From NCBI GenBank assembly GCA_964344945.1, contig CAYFPX010000001.1:46515-100693 (forward strand): a stretch of 54,179 bases of DNA, written 5' to 3'. A program made the position numbers and the translations under genes. Shown here piece after piece: positions 41,380 through 52,148 of the stretch; position 1 is the first letter of the stretch; every line of letters starts with the position of its first letter. The DNA is from an uncultured Enterobacterales bacterium (GTDB lineage: Bacteria > Myxococcota_A > UBA796 > CAJQPC01). Below the pieces are notes generated by a model. It worked only from the letters and a program-made list of their open reading frames with translations. It was not told where the DNA came from and made no database searches.

Positions 41380-41859
41380 TCAGGCGCTGACCAGGTGGGC
41401 GAAGCCCCGGGCGCTGACCTCGTGGGCCATGCCGACGTACAGGCGCAGGAACCGCTCCACGCCGTCCGGGTCCGCCTCGGCCTGGCCGACGACCCGATCG
41501 GCGAGGCGATCCCAGCGTGAGGCCTCGCGCCTCCGGAGCTGGACGCCGATCAGCGCGTCCCCGGCATCGGTGCGGAACTCCCCGACCGACTCTCGGATCC
41601 AGCCCATCACCTCGTCCAGGCACGTTCGCGCAGCGGACGCGGCGCTGCGGCCACGGATCAGGTCGTCGTCGAAGCCCGTGAGCGCGGACTCGAGGCGCAG
41701 GTCGGCCTCCCGGCGCCAGCGCACCATGGCGCTCGGTTCCGGCAACAGGGTGGTGCGCGGGTCCAGCCGCGGGAGCTCGAGGGCAGAGGCGAGCGTGTGG
41801 AGCTCGGGGGCCGGGGCGGTGGACGGATCCGCCGAGGCCATCAGCGACAGCTTGTGCAT
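41380..41859 (-). CDS. hypothetical protein
   Basis: The 159-aa ORF has ordinary composition and no family was recognised. It lies 31 nt upstream of the AstE-like gene on the same strand. An alternative ATG is at 41841. Confidence 0.5.
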   Translation of the reverse strand: MHKLSLMASADPSTAPAPELHTLASALELPRLDPRTTLLPEPSAMVRWRREADLRLESALTGFDDDLIRGRSAASAARTCLDEVMGWIRESVGEFRTDAGDALIGVQLRRREASRWDRLADRVVGQAEADPDGVERFLRLYVGMAHEVSARGFAHLVSA

Positions 41860-42047
41860 CGTCCGGAGGGCTGCTGTTCTGGAGGGAGGGCCGCAGGCGG
41901 TGGGGGAAGAGCCGGCAGCAGGTGGCCGAGGACCGGCCGACGGGGGGACGTGGCGGGAGCCACCTCTGGAGCCTACGAGCTGGAGTCTTGTCGTGTCAAG
42001 AGTTCATGGCGGGGCGGGTTGGTCGTGGTCGGGGCTAAGATCCGGCG

Positions 42048-42868
42048 GTGCAGCGCCGCCTGCGAGCCCAGCCCGACGCCGAGACCTCCCCTCGGGCACC
42101 CCTGCTCACCGTGGTCGTGCCCTGCTACGACGAGGCCCACCGCCTGGAGGCCACCTTCCAGGGCCTGCGCACCCTGCTGGCCGCCCTGCCGTTTCCGGTG
42201 GAGCTGGTGGTGGTCGACGACGGCAGCCGCGACGAGACGGCGGCCCTGGCCGAGCGCCTGGGTGCGGAGCTGCCGGGCTTCCGGCTGCTGCGGGAGCCCC
42301 ACCGCGGCAAGGGCGGCGCACTGAGGGCGGGTGTCCGCCAGGCCACCGGCGAGTACGTCTTCCTCGCCGACGCGGACTGGTCCATGCCCCCGGAGCAGGT
42401 GCTGGCCTTCCTGCCGCCGGCCCTGGTGGACTTCGACCTGGCGATCGCCAGCCGGGAGGTCGTCGGGGCGGTGCGACATGGCGAGCCCCTGCGCCGGCAC
42501 CTGCTGGGGCGGGCGTTCAACCGCCTGGTCCAGCTGGCGGTGCTGCCAGGCATCGAGGACTCCCAGTGCGGCTTCAAGTGCCTGCGCAGGCCGGTCGCGC
42601 TCCAGCTGTTCGAGGCGGGCAGCTGCGAGGGCTGGGCCTTCGACGTGGAGCTGCTGGTCCTGGCCCGCCAGCGGGGCCTCCGGGTCCGGGAGGTCCCGAT
42701 CGACTGGCACTACCGAGCCGACTCCCGCCTGCGCCCGGGACGCGACGGCCTGTCCATGGGGACCGAGGTCCTGCGGTTGGCGCTGCGGCATCGGATCCTC
42801 GGCCGGTTCCGGCCCGGGGGTGAAAGATCAGCGGACCCCCAGGCGTCCTCGCAGTGTCTGAGGGAGTG

Positions 42869-42869
<1 letters not shown>
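42048..42869 (+). CDS. family 2 glycosyltransferase (polyprenyl-phosphate glycosyltransferase / Dpm1-like)
   Basis: LLTVVVPCYDE, VVVDDGSRDET, GKGGALRAG, FLADADWS and QCGFKC are typical GT2 DxD/Q-x-x-RW-region motifs of the dolichyl-phosphate glucosyl/mannosyl-transferase type. Confidence 0.85.
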
Positions 42870-44531
<1,662 letters not shown>

Positions 44532-44535
<4 letters not shown>

Positions 44536-44744
44536 CCCGGACCGGCACCCTGCGCAAGCGGTTCTTCGGTGGCTGGGTCTGGGTGCTCGAGCCGGACGCC
44601 GGGGCGCCCATCCAGCTCGAGGGGCGCATCCCCGAGCGCTTGGAGGACCAGCGGGTCGAGGTCCACGGGCGCCCGCTGGAGGGCGCGATGGGCCTGGCGA
44701 TGGTCGGGGAGATCTGGGAGGTGCGCCGCATCGCCGCGCGATAG
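44532..44744 (+). CDS. hypothetical small protein (70 aa)
   Basis: GTG at 44532 overlaps the corrected S8 stop (GTGA). The product is MTRTGTLRKRFFGGWVWVLEPDAGAPIQLEGRIPE... Confidence 0.45.
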
Positions 44745-44753
44745 CTCCCGGCC

Positions 44754-45791
44754 ATGGCGCCAGGTGACCTGAAGCAGGCCCTCTACCGGGCCGCCCACGC
44801 CCCTGACGAGCGTGTTGAGCTCGAGCGGGCCGCTGGCGCCTGGTTCGACGGTCCGGCCGACGAGACGGGCTGGGCCGACTTCATCGACTTCTATGGGCTC
44901 GAGTGGGTGGACCGGACCGGTCACACCCTGCTCGAGCGGCTCGTGGGCTCGCCGCTCACTCCCCTCGCCCACCGCTGGCTCACGGGGGTCCGCTCCGGGG
45001 TCTTCGTGGTCGACGAGTGCGACGGGGAGCTGGTGTTCTGCCGGGACGCCGCGACCGAGGAGAGCCTCTGCCTGGTGGTCGGCGAGTCCCTGGCGCCCCG
45101 CAGTGTGCTGGTCGGCCGCCTGCTCCCGGACGACAGGGGGCGCTTCCATGTCTCCGGCGATCCGGACCTCTACGACCCCCTCCGGGTGGTCGCCCGCCTG
45201 GGACTGGTCCGGGCGTGGCTGGAGAGCCCTCGCCGGGCCCTGAGCGAGCGCCTCGCCGACCTGCGGGCCGGCTTCGTGCGGCAGAGGCTGCAGCAGCGGG
45301 CCTTCGAGCAGTTCTTCGGGTCCGACCAGGTGCTCTTCCCCGACGGCCAGGCCCTCGAGCAGCACCTCAATGGCTTCCTGGACCACCTGCTCTTCCGGTT
45401 CCTCCCGCCGTCGCTGGGCGGTCGCACCTTCGCCCAGGTCCACACCCTCGCCACGGGTGAGGCCGCGGTGCAGGTGAAGGTCGAGCTGGGAGAGTCCTTG
45501 AGCGGAGGCGGCGCCGTCGGCGTGATCTACGACCCGGTGGAGGGCGTGCACTTCCTGCCTGCCTTCGATGCCTTCGTCGCCCACCTGACCGGCCGCGGAG
45601 ACCACCCGGAGATCGTGCGGAGCTACCTCGAGGATCCCGGCATCACCGCGCTGCCCTTCAACCGGGTCGGGCACACGGCCCGGCTGGCGGCGCTCCTGGG
45701 CCGGCCGGACGCCCCCCTCGGCGAGCTCCTGGCGCCCTTCAAGGGCGAGCGCCCCCAGGCGCCGAGCGTGCTCCCGCACTTCGACGGCTGA
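44754..45791 (+). CDS. hypothetical protein (345 aa)
   Basis: The composition is balanced and aromatic-containing (WFDGPADETGWADFIDFYGLEWVDRTGH...). The opposite-strand frame over this region is a typical Glu/Gly/Arg/Val shadow ORF. Confidence 0.7.
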   Translation: MAPGDLKQALYRAAHAPDERVELERAAGAWFDGPADETGWADFIDFYGLEWVDRTGHTLLERLVGSPLTPLAHRWLTGVRSGVFVVDECDGELVFCRDAATEESLCLVVGESLAPRSVLVGRLLPDDRGRFHVSGDPDLYDPLRVVARLGLVRAWLESPRRALSERLADLRAGFVRQRLQQRAFEQFFGSDQVLFPDGQALEQHLNGFLDHLLFRFLPPSLGGRTFAQVHTLATGEAAVQVKVELGESLSGGGAVGVIYDPVEGVHFLPAFDAFVAHLTGRGDHPEIVRSYLEDPGITALPFNRVGHTARLAALLGRPDAPLGELLAPFKGERPQAPSVLPHFDG

Positions 45792-45938
45792 CGAGTGGGT
45801 CGAGTCCGAGATTCGGTGATGAAGTCGGGGTCGATGGTGGGTCAGCAGTGGTTCGGCGAATGCCCGCCGCGTATCCGGCACACGCAAGGGCGAGACGGAC
45901 CGCTGATGGCCCGCCAGCGGGCCCGAATTCGTCGCCGA

Positions 45939-47876
45939 ATTTCGGAGTCGGCCCACGAGCAGGCCCAGCACCAGCCACGCGCTGCCCCAGGGCGCCCCCG
46001 GCTGGGGCCCACGCCCGCTGCAGGTACACCCATAGGGCCCGGTCGGGACCTCCTCGGGCGGGGCCAGGGCGAAGTACCAGGTCGGGGACCAGGGGCCTGC
46101 GAGGCCGTCCTCGTCGATGGCACGGGCCCGCCAGCGGAAGCTGCCCTCCCCCGGCTCCGGGATCGCCAGGGCCGTCTCCACCAGCCCCTGGGCCACGTCA
46201 TCCACCGCCCAGACGGTCTCGTCGGTCTCGGCGTCCTCGACCCGGATCTCGAGGGCGGGCACCGCGCCGTCGGGGTCGGCCACCGGGGCGATGCGCAAGG
46301 TGACGGCGTCGATCAGCAGCTCGCCGTTCCAGGGGCTGAGCAGGACCGGTGCGTCCGGAGCGCTGTTGGTGGTCGGGTCGAGGACCTCCACGGCCAGGGT
46401 GGCGACGGTCTGGTCCTCGCCGTCGGTGGCGGTGCAGGACACCGACCAGCTCCCCGCCTCGCCCCAGGCGTGGCTGACCTCGGCTTCGTCGCCGGCGGTC
46501 ACGCCGTCTCCGAAGTCCCAGCTGAGGGCCACGGGATCGCCGCCGGGATCGGTGGCGGTGCACCGGAACAGCGCCTCCTCGCCGACCTCGAGCGCCTGCT
46601 CGCCCTCCAGGATCACGGTCGGGGCCTGGTTGTGGATGGTCCAGGCGAAGGAGCGGCTGTCGCTGTCGCCGTCGTCGTCGGTGACCGTGACCGCCACGGT
46701 GTACTGGCCGTCCGCGGCGTAGGTGTGGGTCACGGTGTCCCCGGTGCCCTCCGTGCCGTCGCCCAGGTCCCAGAGCACCGTGTGGGTGTCGTCGGGCTCG
46801 GGGTCCTCCCAGGTCACGCTCAGGGTCAGCTCCGTGCCCTCCTCGGCGGGACTGGGCACGGCGATCTCCAGGATGGTCGGCGGCACGTTGCTCACGCTCA
46901 GCTCGGCGGTGTCCTCCGCGGCCTCGCCTTCGTCGTCTACGCAGGACAAGAGCAGGCTCACCTCGAGAGGCCCGTCGACCATGCTCGTGTCCCACGACGT
47001 GAGCAGGTCGGACGTGTCCGCGCCGCCGTCCTCGTCGAGATCCCAGGCACAGATCACCTCGCCGCCGTCCGGGTCCTCGGCGGTGCCCGAGACCAGCACC
47101 AGGTCCCCGGGCTCAGCGCTGTAGGGGCCTCCGGCATCGACGGCCGGCGGGCGCAGCGCCAGCCACTGGAGCACGTCGGGCAGCAGCCGCGTCACGCTGC
47201 TGTTCGTGTAGTCGAGGTTGGAGGACCACCCCGCGCCCACGTGGCCCAGCCAGCCGAGCTGCGCGACTCGCCCGTCCCCCAGGTCGTCGACGACCAGGGC
47301 CTCGTAGGGCCCCTCGGGGCTGCTGCCCGGCGCCCACTCGATCAGGGTCGTGCCCAGGCCGGCGCTCGACGGGACCATGCCCAGGCCGAGGATCTGGAAG
47401 GTGTCCCCGGTCTTGTAGGTGCCGGTGGCCGGATGGGTGCCGTCGAACACCTCGAAGTCGGCCGTGCCGATGGTGAGCTCGCTGCCCTCGAGCAGCATCA
47501 GATCCACGGCGTCCGCGTTCTCACCGTCGTCCTCGTACCGGGCCGAGGTCGCCGCGGTGTGGAGCAGGCCTCCGCCGGATTCGACCCACGCCACCAGGGC
47601 CTGCTGGCCGGCGGCCGGCATGTCCTCGTCCCGGGAGAGGTCGCCGTCGAGCCAGATCACCACGGCGTGGTCGGCCAGGTCGTAGACCGCCCCGTCGAAG
47701 TCCGACTCCAGCTGGCCGTCGTCGCTGCTGAGGGTCACCGTGTGGCCCACCGAGCCGAGCAGGCTGACCAGGTCCGCGCTCTCGGCGCCGCCGTCGTCGA
47801 GGACGAGCACGTCGAGGGCGTCCGAGGCCGCGCCAGACGACGGGAGCCACAGCAACCAGAGCAGGCCGGGAGTCAC
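45939..47876 (-). CDS. secreted PKD-domain protein with MYXO-CTERM-like tail; 3' end unresolved (no in-frame stop)
   Basis: The N-terminus is signal-like (MTPGLLWLLWLPSSGAAS). There are at least two PKD domains (WDLGDGTEGTGDTVTHTYAADGQYTVAVTVTDDDG; WDFGDGVTAGDEAEVSHAWGEAGSWSVSCTATDG). The tail GCTCSGRG...AWLVLGLLVGRLR ends near 45942. The ORF then continues without a stop to 44502, antisense to the previous gene. Confidence 0.75.
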
Positions 47877-47904
47877 GGCGCCATCATCCCAGACGCAGCG
47901 CGGC

Positions 47905-48435
47905 TCACGGCGGCCCCTCCCCCGAGCTCTCGAGGGAGCGGCGCAGGGAGTCCGGGGGCAGGTCCTTCACGGCGGCGGCCCCGGGGAGCGCGGCGGTCGC
48001 CGGCGACAGGGCCCGCAGCGCGGTCTCGAGGCGGGCCGTGACGTGGGCCACAGCGGCCCCGGCCGGCGCCTGCTGGATCTCGGCCAGCAGGCGCCGCTGG
48101 GCGATGGCGAACGCCTCCAGGTCCGGCGCCGGGTCGTCCCGCACGACCCGCAGGCCTGCCTGGGCCCCCTCGACCCTGGCGGCCAGGTCGTGCTCTCCGG
48201 CGGCCGTCAGGGCCGTGCCCAGCTGGATCCATGCCGGCGTGGCCCGAGCGCTGTACCGGCCCAGGGCCCGGGACGCCGCCCGGGCCTCCGCGCTGGGACT
48301 CGGACGTGGCGGCCCAGGCGGCACCGCCACGGGATCGAGGGCCCTGGGCGGGGGCTTCGGGATCAGCGTCCACCCCAGCGCCGTGCCCGCCGCGGCCGAG
48401 AGCAGCAGCAGCAGGACCAGGCGGCGCCAGCTCAC
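47905..48435 (-). CDS. hypothetical N-terminally anchored protein
   Basis: MSWRRLVLLLLLSAAAGTALG is followed by a Pro-rich linker and a helical Ala-rich domain. It sits between the thiolase and the PKD gene on the same strand. Confidence 0.55.
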   Translation of the reverse strand: MSWRRLVLLLLLSAAAGTALGWTLIPKPPPRALDPVAVPPGPPRPSPSAEARAASRALGRYSARATPAWIQLGTALTAAGEHDLAARVEGAQAGLRVVRDDPAPDLEAFAIAQRRLLAEIQQAPAGAAVAHVTARLETALRALSPATAALPGAAAVKDLPPDSLRRSLESSGEGPP

Positions 48436-48446
48436 CCCCGGGCTCG

Positions 48447-49700
48447 TCAGAGGTTCCGGAAGACGCCGACCACGGCGGTCTTGTCGTCGCCGCCCATGTT
48501 CGCGGTGAGGCCCACGCTCGGGGTGCCGGGCACCTGGTAGTCGCCGCAGCGGCCCTTCATCTGGCGCCAGATCTCCACCACCTGCTTCACGCCGGTGGCC
48601 CCGACCGGGTGGCCGAAGCCCACCAGGCCGCCGCCGGTGTTGATCGGGGTCGAGCCGTCGATGCCGGTGGCGCCGTCGATCACCAGGTCCACGGCCTGGC
48701 CGGCCTCGGCGAAGCCCAGGGCCTCCATCATCAGGAGCTCGGTGATGGTGAAGCAGTCGTGCACCTCGGCCACGCCGACCTCGGACGGGGACACGCCGGA
48801 GGCCGAGTAGGCGACCCGAGCGGCCCGGGCGGTGGTCTCGAGCCGCAGGGCGTCGCCGTCTTCGTAGAGGGACGCGGTCGACACACCGAGCCCGGCCACC
48901 TCGATCGCGTCGGACTCGGAGAGCCCCAGGGCCGCGAGGCCCTGCTCGCTGACCAGGTAGAGGGCGGAGGCGCCGTCGGAGACCTGGGAACAGTCGGTGA
49001 CCTTCATGTAGGGCTTGAGGGCCTCGTTCTGCAGGAACCGCACGTTCTTGTCCGAAGCCGCGCCGGCGAAGTCCAGGGTCATCTTGCGGGCGCGCATGTG
49101 GGCCAGCGGGTTGCGGTTGGCGTTGTCGTACGCCTTGACCGCCACGTGGCCGAGCTGCTCATCGGTGAGGCCGTGGGCCTGCTGGTAGGCCTGGGTCCGG
49201 GCCGCGAAGAGCGCGGGGAAGGTGAAGTCGTCGATGCCGCGCTGCCGCGGGTAGTCCGCGGCCCGCGCCAGGTAGTCGCCGCCGGTCCGCGCCGAGGCGG
49301 TGGTCTGGACCTCCACACCGGCCACCAGCACCGTGTCGGCCCCTGCCCGGATCGCGTCCACCCCACAGCTCAGCGCCAGACCGCCACTGGCGCAGGCGCC
49401 CTCGACCCGCATCGAGGGCTTGCCGGCCAGGGCCGGGTGGACCCCGGCCAGGGCCGCGCCCAGGTGGCCCTGGTTCACGAAGAGCTCGCCGACGAAATTG
49501 CCCACGAAGCACCGGTCGACCCGCGAGGGGTCGACACCCGTGGTCTCACTGGCCTGGGACACGGCCGAGGTGAGGTGCTCGCGGAGGGTCGGGTTGTCCC
49601 GGGTCCCGAAGTCCGGGTGACGCTTCCAGATGAAGTCCGGGTGACCCTTTCCGATGAACGGTGTGTGGGCACCGCCCACGACGAAGACCCTGCGAGACAT
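48447..49700 (-). CDS. thiolase-fold protein (SCPx / nonspecific lipid-transfer-type acetyl-CoA acyltransferase)
   Basis: VFVVGGAHTPF, RVEGACASGGLAL (the active Cys), the C-terminal GGLVGFGHPVGATG and a NMGG-type region are present. ATG at 49700 follows AAGGAGG. Confidence 0.9.
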   Translation of the reverse strand: MSRRVFVVGGAHTPFIGKGHPDFIWKRHPDFGTRDNPTLREHLTSAVSQASETTGVDPSRVDRCFVGNFVGELFVNQGHLGAALAGVHPALAGKPSMRVEGACASGGLALSCGVDAIRAGADTVLVAGVEVQTTASARTGGDYLARAADYPRQRGIDDFTFPALFAARTQAYQQAHGLTDEQLGHVAVKAYDNANRNPLAHMRARKMTLDFAGAASDKNVRFLQNEALKPYMKVTDCSQVSDGASALYLVSEQGLAALGLSESDAIEVAGLGVSTASLYEDGDALRLETTARAARVAYSASGVSPSEVGVAEVHDCFTITELLMMEALGFAEAGQAVDLVIDGATGIDGSTPINTGGGLVGFGHPVGATGVKQVVEIWRQMKGRCGDYQVPGTPSVGLTANMGGDDKTAVVGVFRNL

Positions 49701-49753
49701 GAACCCTCCTTCCGCGGCGTGCGGGGAGGGCTCCTAACCCGCGGGCCTCGGAC

Positions 49754-50032
49754 TCAGCCGACAGCGACCCGGCGCTCGCGCAGGATCGCTTCGACTTCCG
49801 GGTGCAGCTGGTAGAGCGTGATCACCGTGCCGAAGGTGTTCTTCCACTGGCGGACGCGCTCGCGGCTCACCCCGAACTCGTTGGCGATCGCCTGACCACT
49901 CTCGTTGGCGGCCAGCGCCTCGAGGAGGCGGCGGAAGCGACGACGCCCATAGGTCCGGATGAAATTGCGCGCGACGCGTTCCCTGCTCTTGGGGCTGGAA
50001 GAAGCCATCGTGGTCTCCTGGTTGACTTGCAT
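49754..50032 (-). CDS. small helix-turn-helix DNA-binding protein
   Basis: ESGQAIANEFGVSRERVRQWKNTFG is a classic HTH. An alternative ATG at 50008 is preceded by AGGAGA. A strong promoter-like element lies upstream. Confidence 0.6.
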   Translation of the reverse strand: MQVNQETTMASSSPKSRERVARNFIRTYGRRRFRRLLEALAANESGQAIANEFGVSRERVRQWKNTFGTVITLYQLHPEVEAILRERRVAVG

Positions 50033-50052
50033 GGGGCCCTCTTGGCCCCACC

Positions 50053-50371
50053 GATCCCACAGTCAGCATACACGGGCTTGTTGACGTGTCAATCGTGACG
50101 ATCTTCGGGCACCGCGGACACCGGGGGAGGATCCCCCCGGGCGAGATCCCGGGTGATCGCCTCTGATCCCCGCGAATCGGCTGATCCGTGGCGGCTCCGA
50201 CCTCGCTCCCACCCCGCGCCATGCCGCCGAGAGTTGACATTGCCCTCCCCAGGGGCGAAGGCCCCGGAAAGATCGCCCTCGACGGAGTCTACAGGCCCAT
50301 CGGCTGCCGCGCCGCGACGACGATCCCGAAGATCCCAGGAGGATCCCGGCGGATCCGGCGCGCGTCGGATC
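50053..50371. repeat. dense cluster of 13 GATC sites (9 as same-orientation GATCC[C/G]) in non-coding DNA
   Basis: GATC starts at 50053, 50100, 50130, 50145, 50155, 50165, 50183, 50271, 50322, 50331, 50342, 50352 and 50368. Spacings of 9-11 nt recur within two sub-clusters (50145-50165 and 50322-50352). Confidence 0.8.
50065..50092 (-). promoter_or_regulatory. sigma70-like promoter for the HTH gene, with a palindrome over the -35
   Basis: On the minus strand, TTGACA (50092-50087), a 16-nt spacer and TATGCT (50070-50065) are present. TTGAC-gt-GTCAA (50081-50092) is a 5-bp-arm inverted repeat overlapping the -35 element. Confidence 0.4.
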
Positions 50372-50385
50372 GATGTCGTCAGGGG

Positions 50386-51321
50386 TCAGGCGAAGGGCAG
50401 CGCCTCGATGGTGCCGGACCAGCTTCGGTCGTCCTGGGTGACCTCGACGGCGGTGCCAGGCTCCCAGCCGGCCCTCTGCACCACGGCCAGCGCCAGGTGG
50501 CGGCCGCCCACCGCCGCCGCGCTGCCCACGCGTCCGGAGGCCTTGCCGCCGATGGCCACGGTGGCACCCGGCGCAGGCAGGCCGTCCCCGGCGAGGGCGA
50601 GACCCCGGAGCTTGCGGGTGGCCTTGCCCATGGTGTCCATCCGGTTGATGACCTCCTGTCCGACGTAGCAGCCCTTGTCGAAGCTGAGCAGGGAGTCCCT
50701 CAGCCCCAGCTCGTGCACGAAGGTGCGCTCGCCGCTGGCGTCGTCGGGCCAGGTGGGCAGGCCCTTGACCACTCGGGCCGCACGGAGGTCCTCGGTCGAG
50801 GCGACGGTCGCGCCGGCCTCGGCCAGCCGCTCCTGGAGCGCAGCGACCTCGATGGGCGGGACCAACAGGTCCCAGCCGGAGGTCCCGGTCCTGTCGCACC
50901 GAAGGACCTGGACCGTCCCGTGGATCCGGTGGTCCCCGTCGGGCAAGGCCACGCCCAGGGCGGCGGCCACGACCGCGTCGGCCCCGTCACCCTGGACGGA
51001 CAGCACCTGGAGCTGGCCCGTCAGGTCCGCGAGGGTGACGTCGTCGAACACGATGTACATCCCGTAGCGCTCCTGGAACCACTCGCCGTCCACCCCCTCG
51101 AGGACCAGCAGGAAGGTCTCGTCGGCGGTGCAGTACAGGTCCATCAGGCCGAGGACCCGGCCCCGATCGTCGGTCATCGCGGATCGAGCGCCGGCTCCGA
51201 CCGCCAGGTCCCTCACGTTCTGCGTGAACATGCCGTTGCTGAAGCGCCGGGCGTCCGGCCCGGTGAGCGTGACCACGGGCAGGAGCCCGAGGTCGAAGTG
51301 CTGGGGTGCGGGGGTCGGCAT
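50386..51321 (-). CDS. ygfZ: folate-binding Fe-S cluster repair / tRNA-modification protein YgfZ (GcvT-like)
   Basis: An aminomethyltransferase-like fold and the family signature FDKGCYVGQEVINR are present. ATG is at 51321. Confidence 0.85.
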   Translation of the reverse strand: MPTPAPQHFDLGLLPVVTLTGPDARRFSNGMFTQNVRDLAVGAGARSAMTDDRGRVLGLMDLYCTADETFLLVLEGVDGEWFQERYGMYIVFDDVTLADLTGQLQVLSVQGDGADAVVAAALGVALPDGDHRIHGTVQVLRCDRTGTSGWDLLVPPIEVAALQERLAEAGATVASTEDLRAARVVKGLPTWPDDASGERTFVHELGLRDSLLSFDKGCYVGQEVINRMDTMGKATRKLRGLALAGDGLPAPGATVAIGGKASGRVGSAAAVGGRHLALAVVQRAGWEPGTAVEVTQDDRSWSGTIEALPFA

Positions 51322-51331
51322 GGACCCGACT

Positions 51332-52132
51332 CTAATCGCCACCCCGGCCCAGGTCCGCCCGCCAGATCCGGCCCCCGCTGTCGTCCGCCACGTAGAGCAG
51401 CGCCTCGGCCAGGACCATGGACGCGGGTCGGCCGGCGTCCAGCGCCACCGCGAGCTCGTCGGTGAGCACGTCCACCACCCCCTCCGAGGTGGTGCCAAGC
51501 AGGGTGCCGTCCAGGCTCACCAGGCCCCGCACACCGAGCTCCGCCAGGGGCTCGAGTCCCCCACCCTGCTCCTGGAGCACCTGGTCCGCCGCGGCCACGA
51601 CGAGTCCTCCGCCGTGGTGGACCAGGGCCAGGGCTTCCAGGCCGCCGTGGGCCAGGGTGGCGCCGCTGCCGTCCAGGGGGACCCGCCAGATGGCCTCGGC
51701 GCCACTGTCCGCCACGAGCAGCGCGTCGCCGTCGAGCAGCAGGTCCACGGGCCGGCGGAACAGCTGCCCGTCGGCTTCGGTCGCCAGCACCCGCACGGTG
51801 CGCAGGTCCTCCAGCACCCCCACGGTGCCCTCGACGCCGTGATCCGTGAGGGCGACGTAGCGTGTGCCGTCGTCGCCGATCGCCACGGCGGTCGGCGAGG
51901 CGCCCAGGCGATCGCCGAGCTCCTCTTCGTGATCTGTCTCCGGGTCCCACCGCAGGACCACGTCGGCCAGCTCCGCCGCGGCGATCAGCCCGCTGCCGTC
52001 CCAGGCGAGATCCGACGCCCCGCCGCTGACGGCCCAGACCTCGTCGGCCACCACAGCTGGCGCGGTCTCGCCGCTGGGACCGAGGCTGTCCTCCGTCTCG
52101 CAGCCGGTCAGGGATAGGAGCCACAGGACCAC
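51332..52132 (-). CDS. lipoprotein, beta-propeller-like (NHL/SMP-30-like repeats)
   Basis: MVLWLLSLTGC is a lipobox. Repeated ...D..G.lyVAD...g.I.r... units are present (LLVADSGAEAIWRV, LLYVADDSGGRIWRAD). Confidence 0.7.
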   Translation of the reverse strand: MVLWLLSLTGCETEDSLGPSGETAPAVVADEVWAVSGGASDLAWDGSGLIAAAELADVVLRWDPETDHEEELGDRLGASPTAVAIGDDGTRYVALTDHGVEGTVGVLEDLRTVRVLATEADGQLFRRPVDLLLDGDALLVADSGAEAIWRVPLDGSGATLAHGGLEALALVHHGGGLVVAAADQVLQEQGGGLEPLAELGVRGLVSLDGTLLGTTSEGVVDVLTDELAVALDAGRPASMVLAEALLYVADDSGGRIWRADLGRGGD

Positions 52133-52148
52133 CCCGGGACGCTACCCC

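Noticed and set aside
41881-41965. A G-tract-rich stretch (ggagggaggg...tggggg...gggggg...ggg) in the divergent region upstream of the GT2 gene, considered as a possible G-quadruplex.
   Set aside because: The tracts are separated by long loops of 11-35 nt. Such runs are frequent in DNA of this G+C content, and I have no supporting evidence.
8970-42800. Possible avoidance or enrichment of GGATCC across the window as a clue to the specificity of the methyltransferase.
   Set aside because: My rough count of about 20 sites matches the compositional expectation of about 18 in 54 kb. There is no signal either way outside the local GATC cluster at 50053-50371.
45800-45960. Recurrent (A/T)TTCGG motifs and two EcoRI-containing palindromes in the A+T-richer convergent spacer, considered as a repeat family or terminator.
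   Set aside because: The copies are short and irregularly spaced and form only marginal hairpins. The observation is kept only as context for the missing-stop finding.
49608-49645. A 14-bp direct repeat (gaagtccgggtgac at 49608-49621 and 49632-49645, period 24 nt) in the thiolase 5' region. It encodes HPDF-IWKR-HPDF and could be a recent in-frame duplication.
   Set aside because: It is in frame, short, and located in a variable N-terminal loop. It may simply be the native sequence of this thiolase subfamily. Nothing else suggests slippage or a mobile element.
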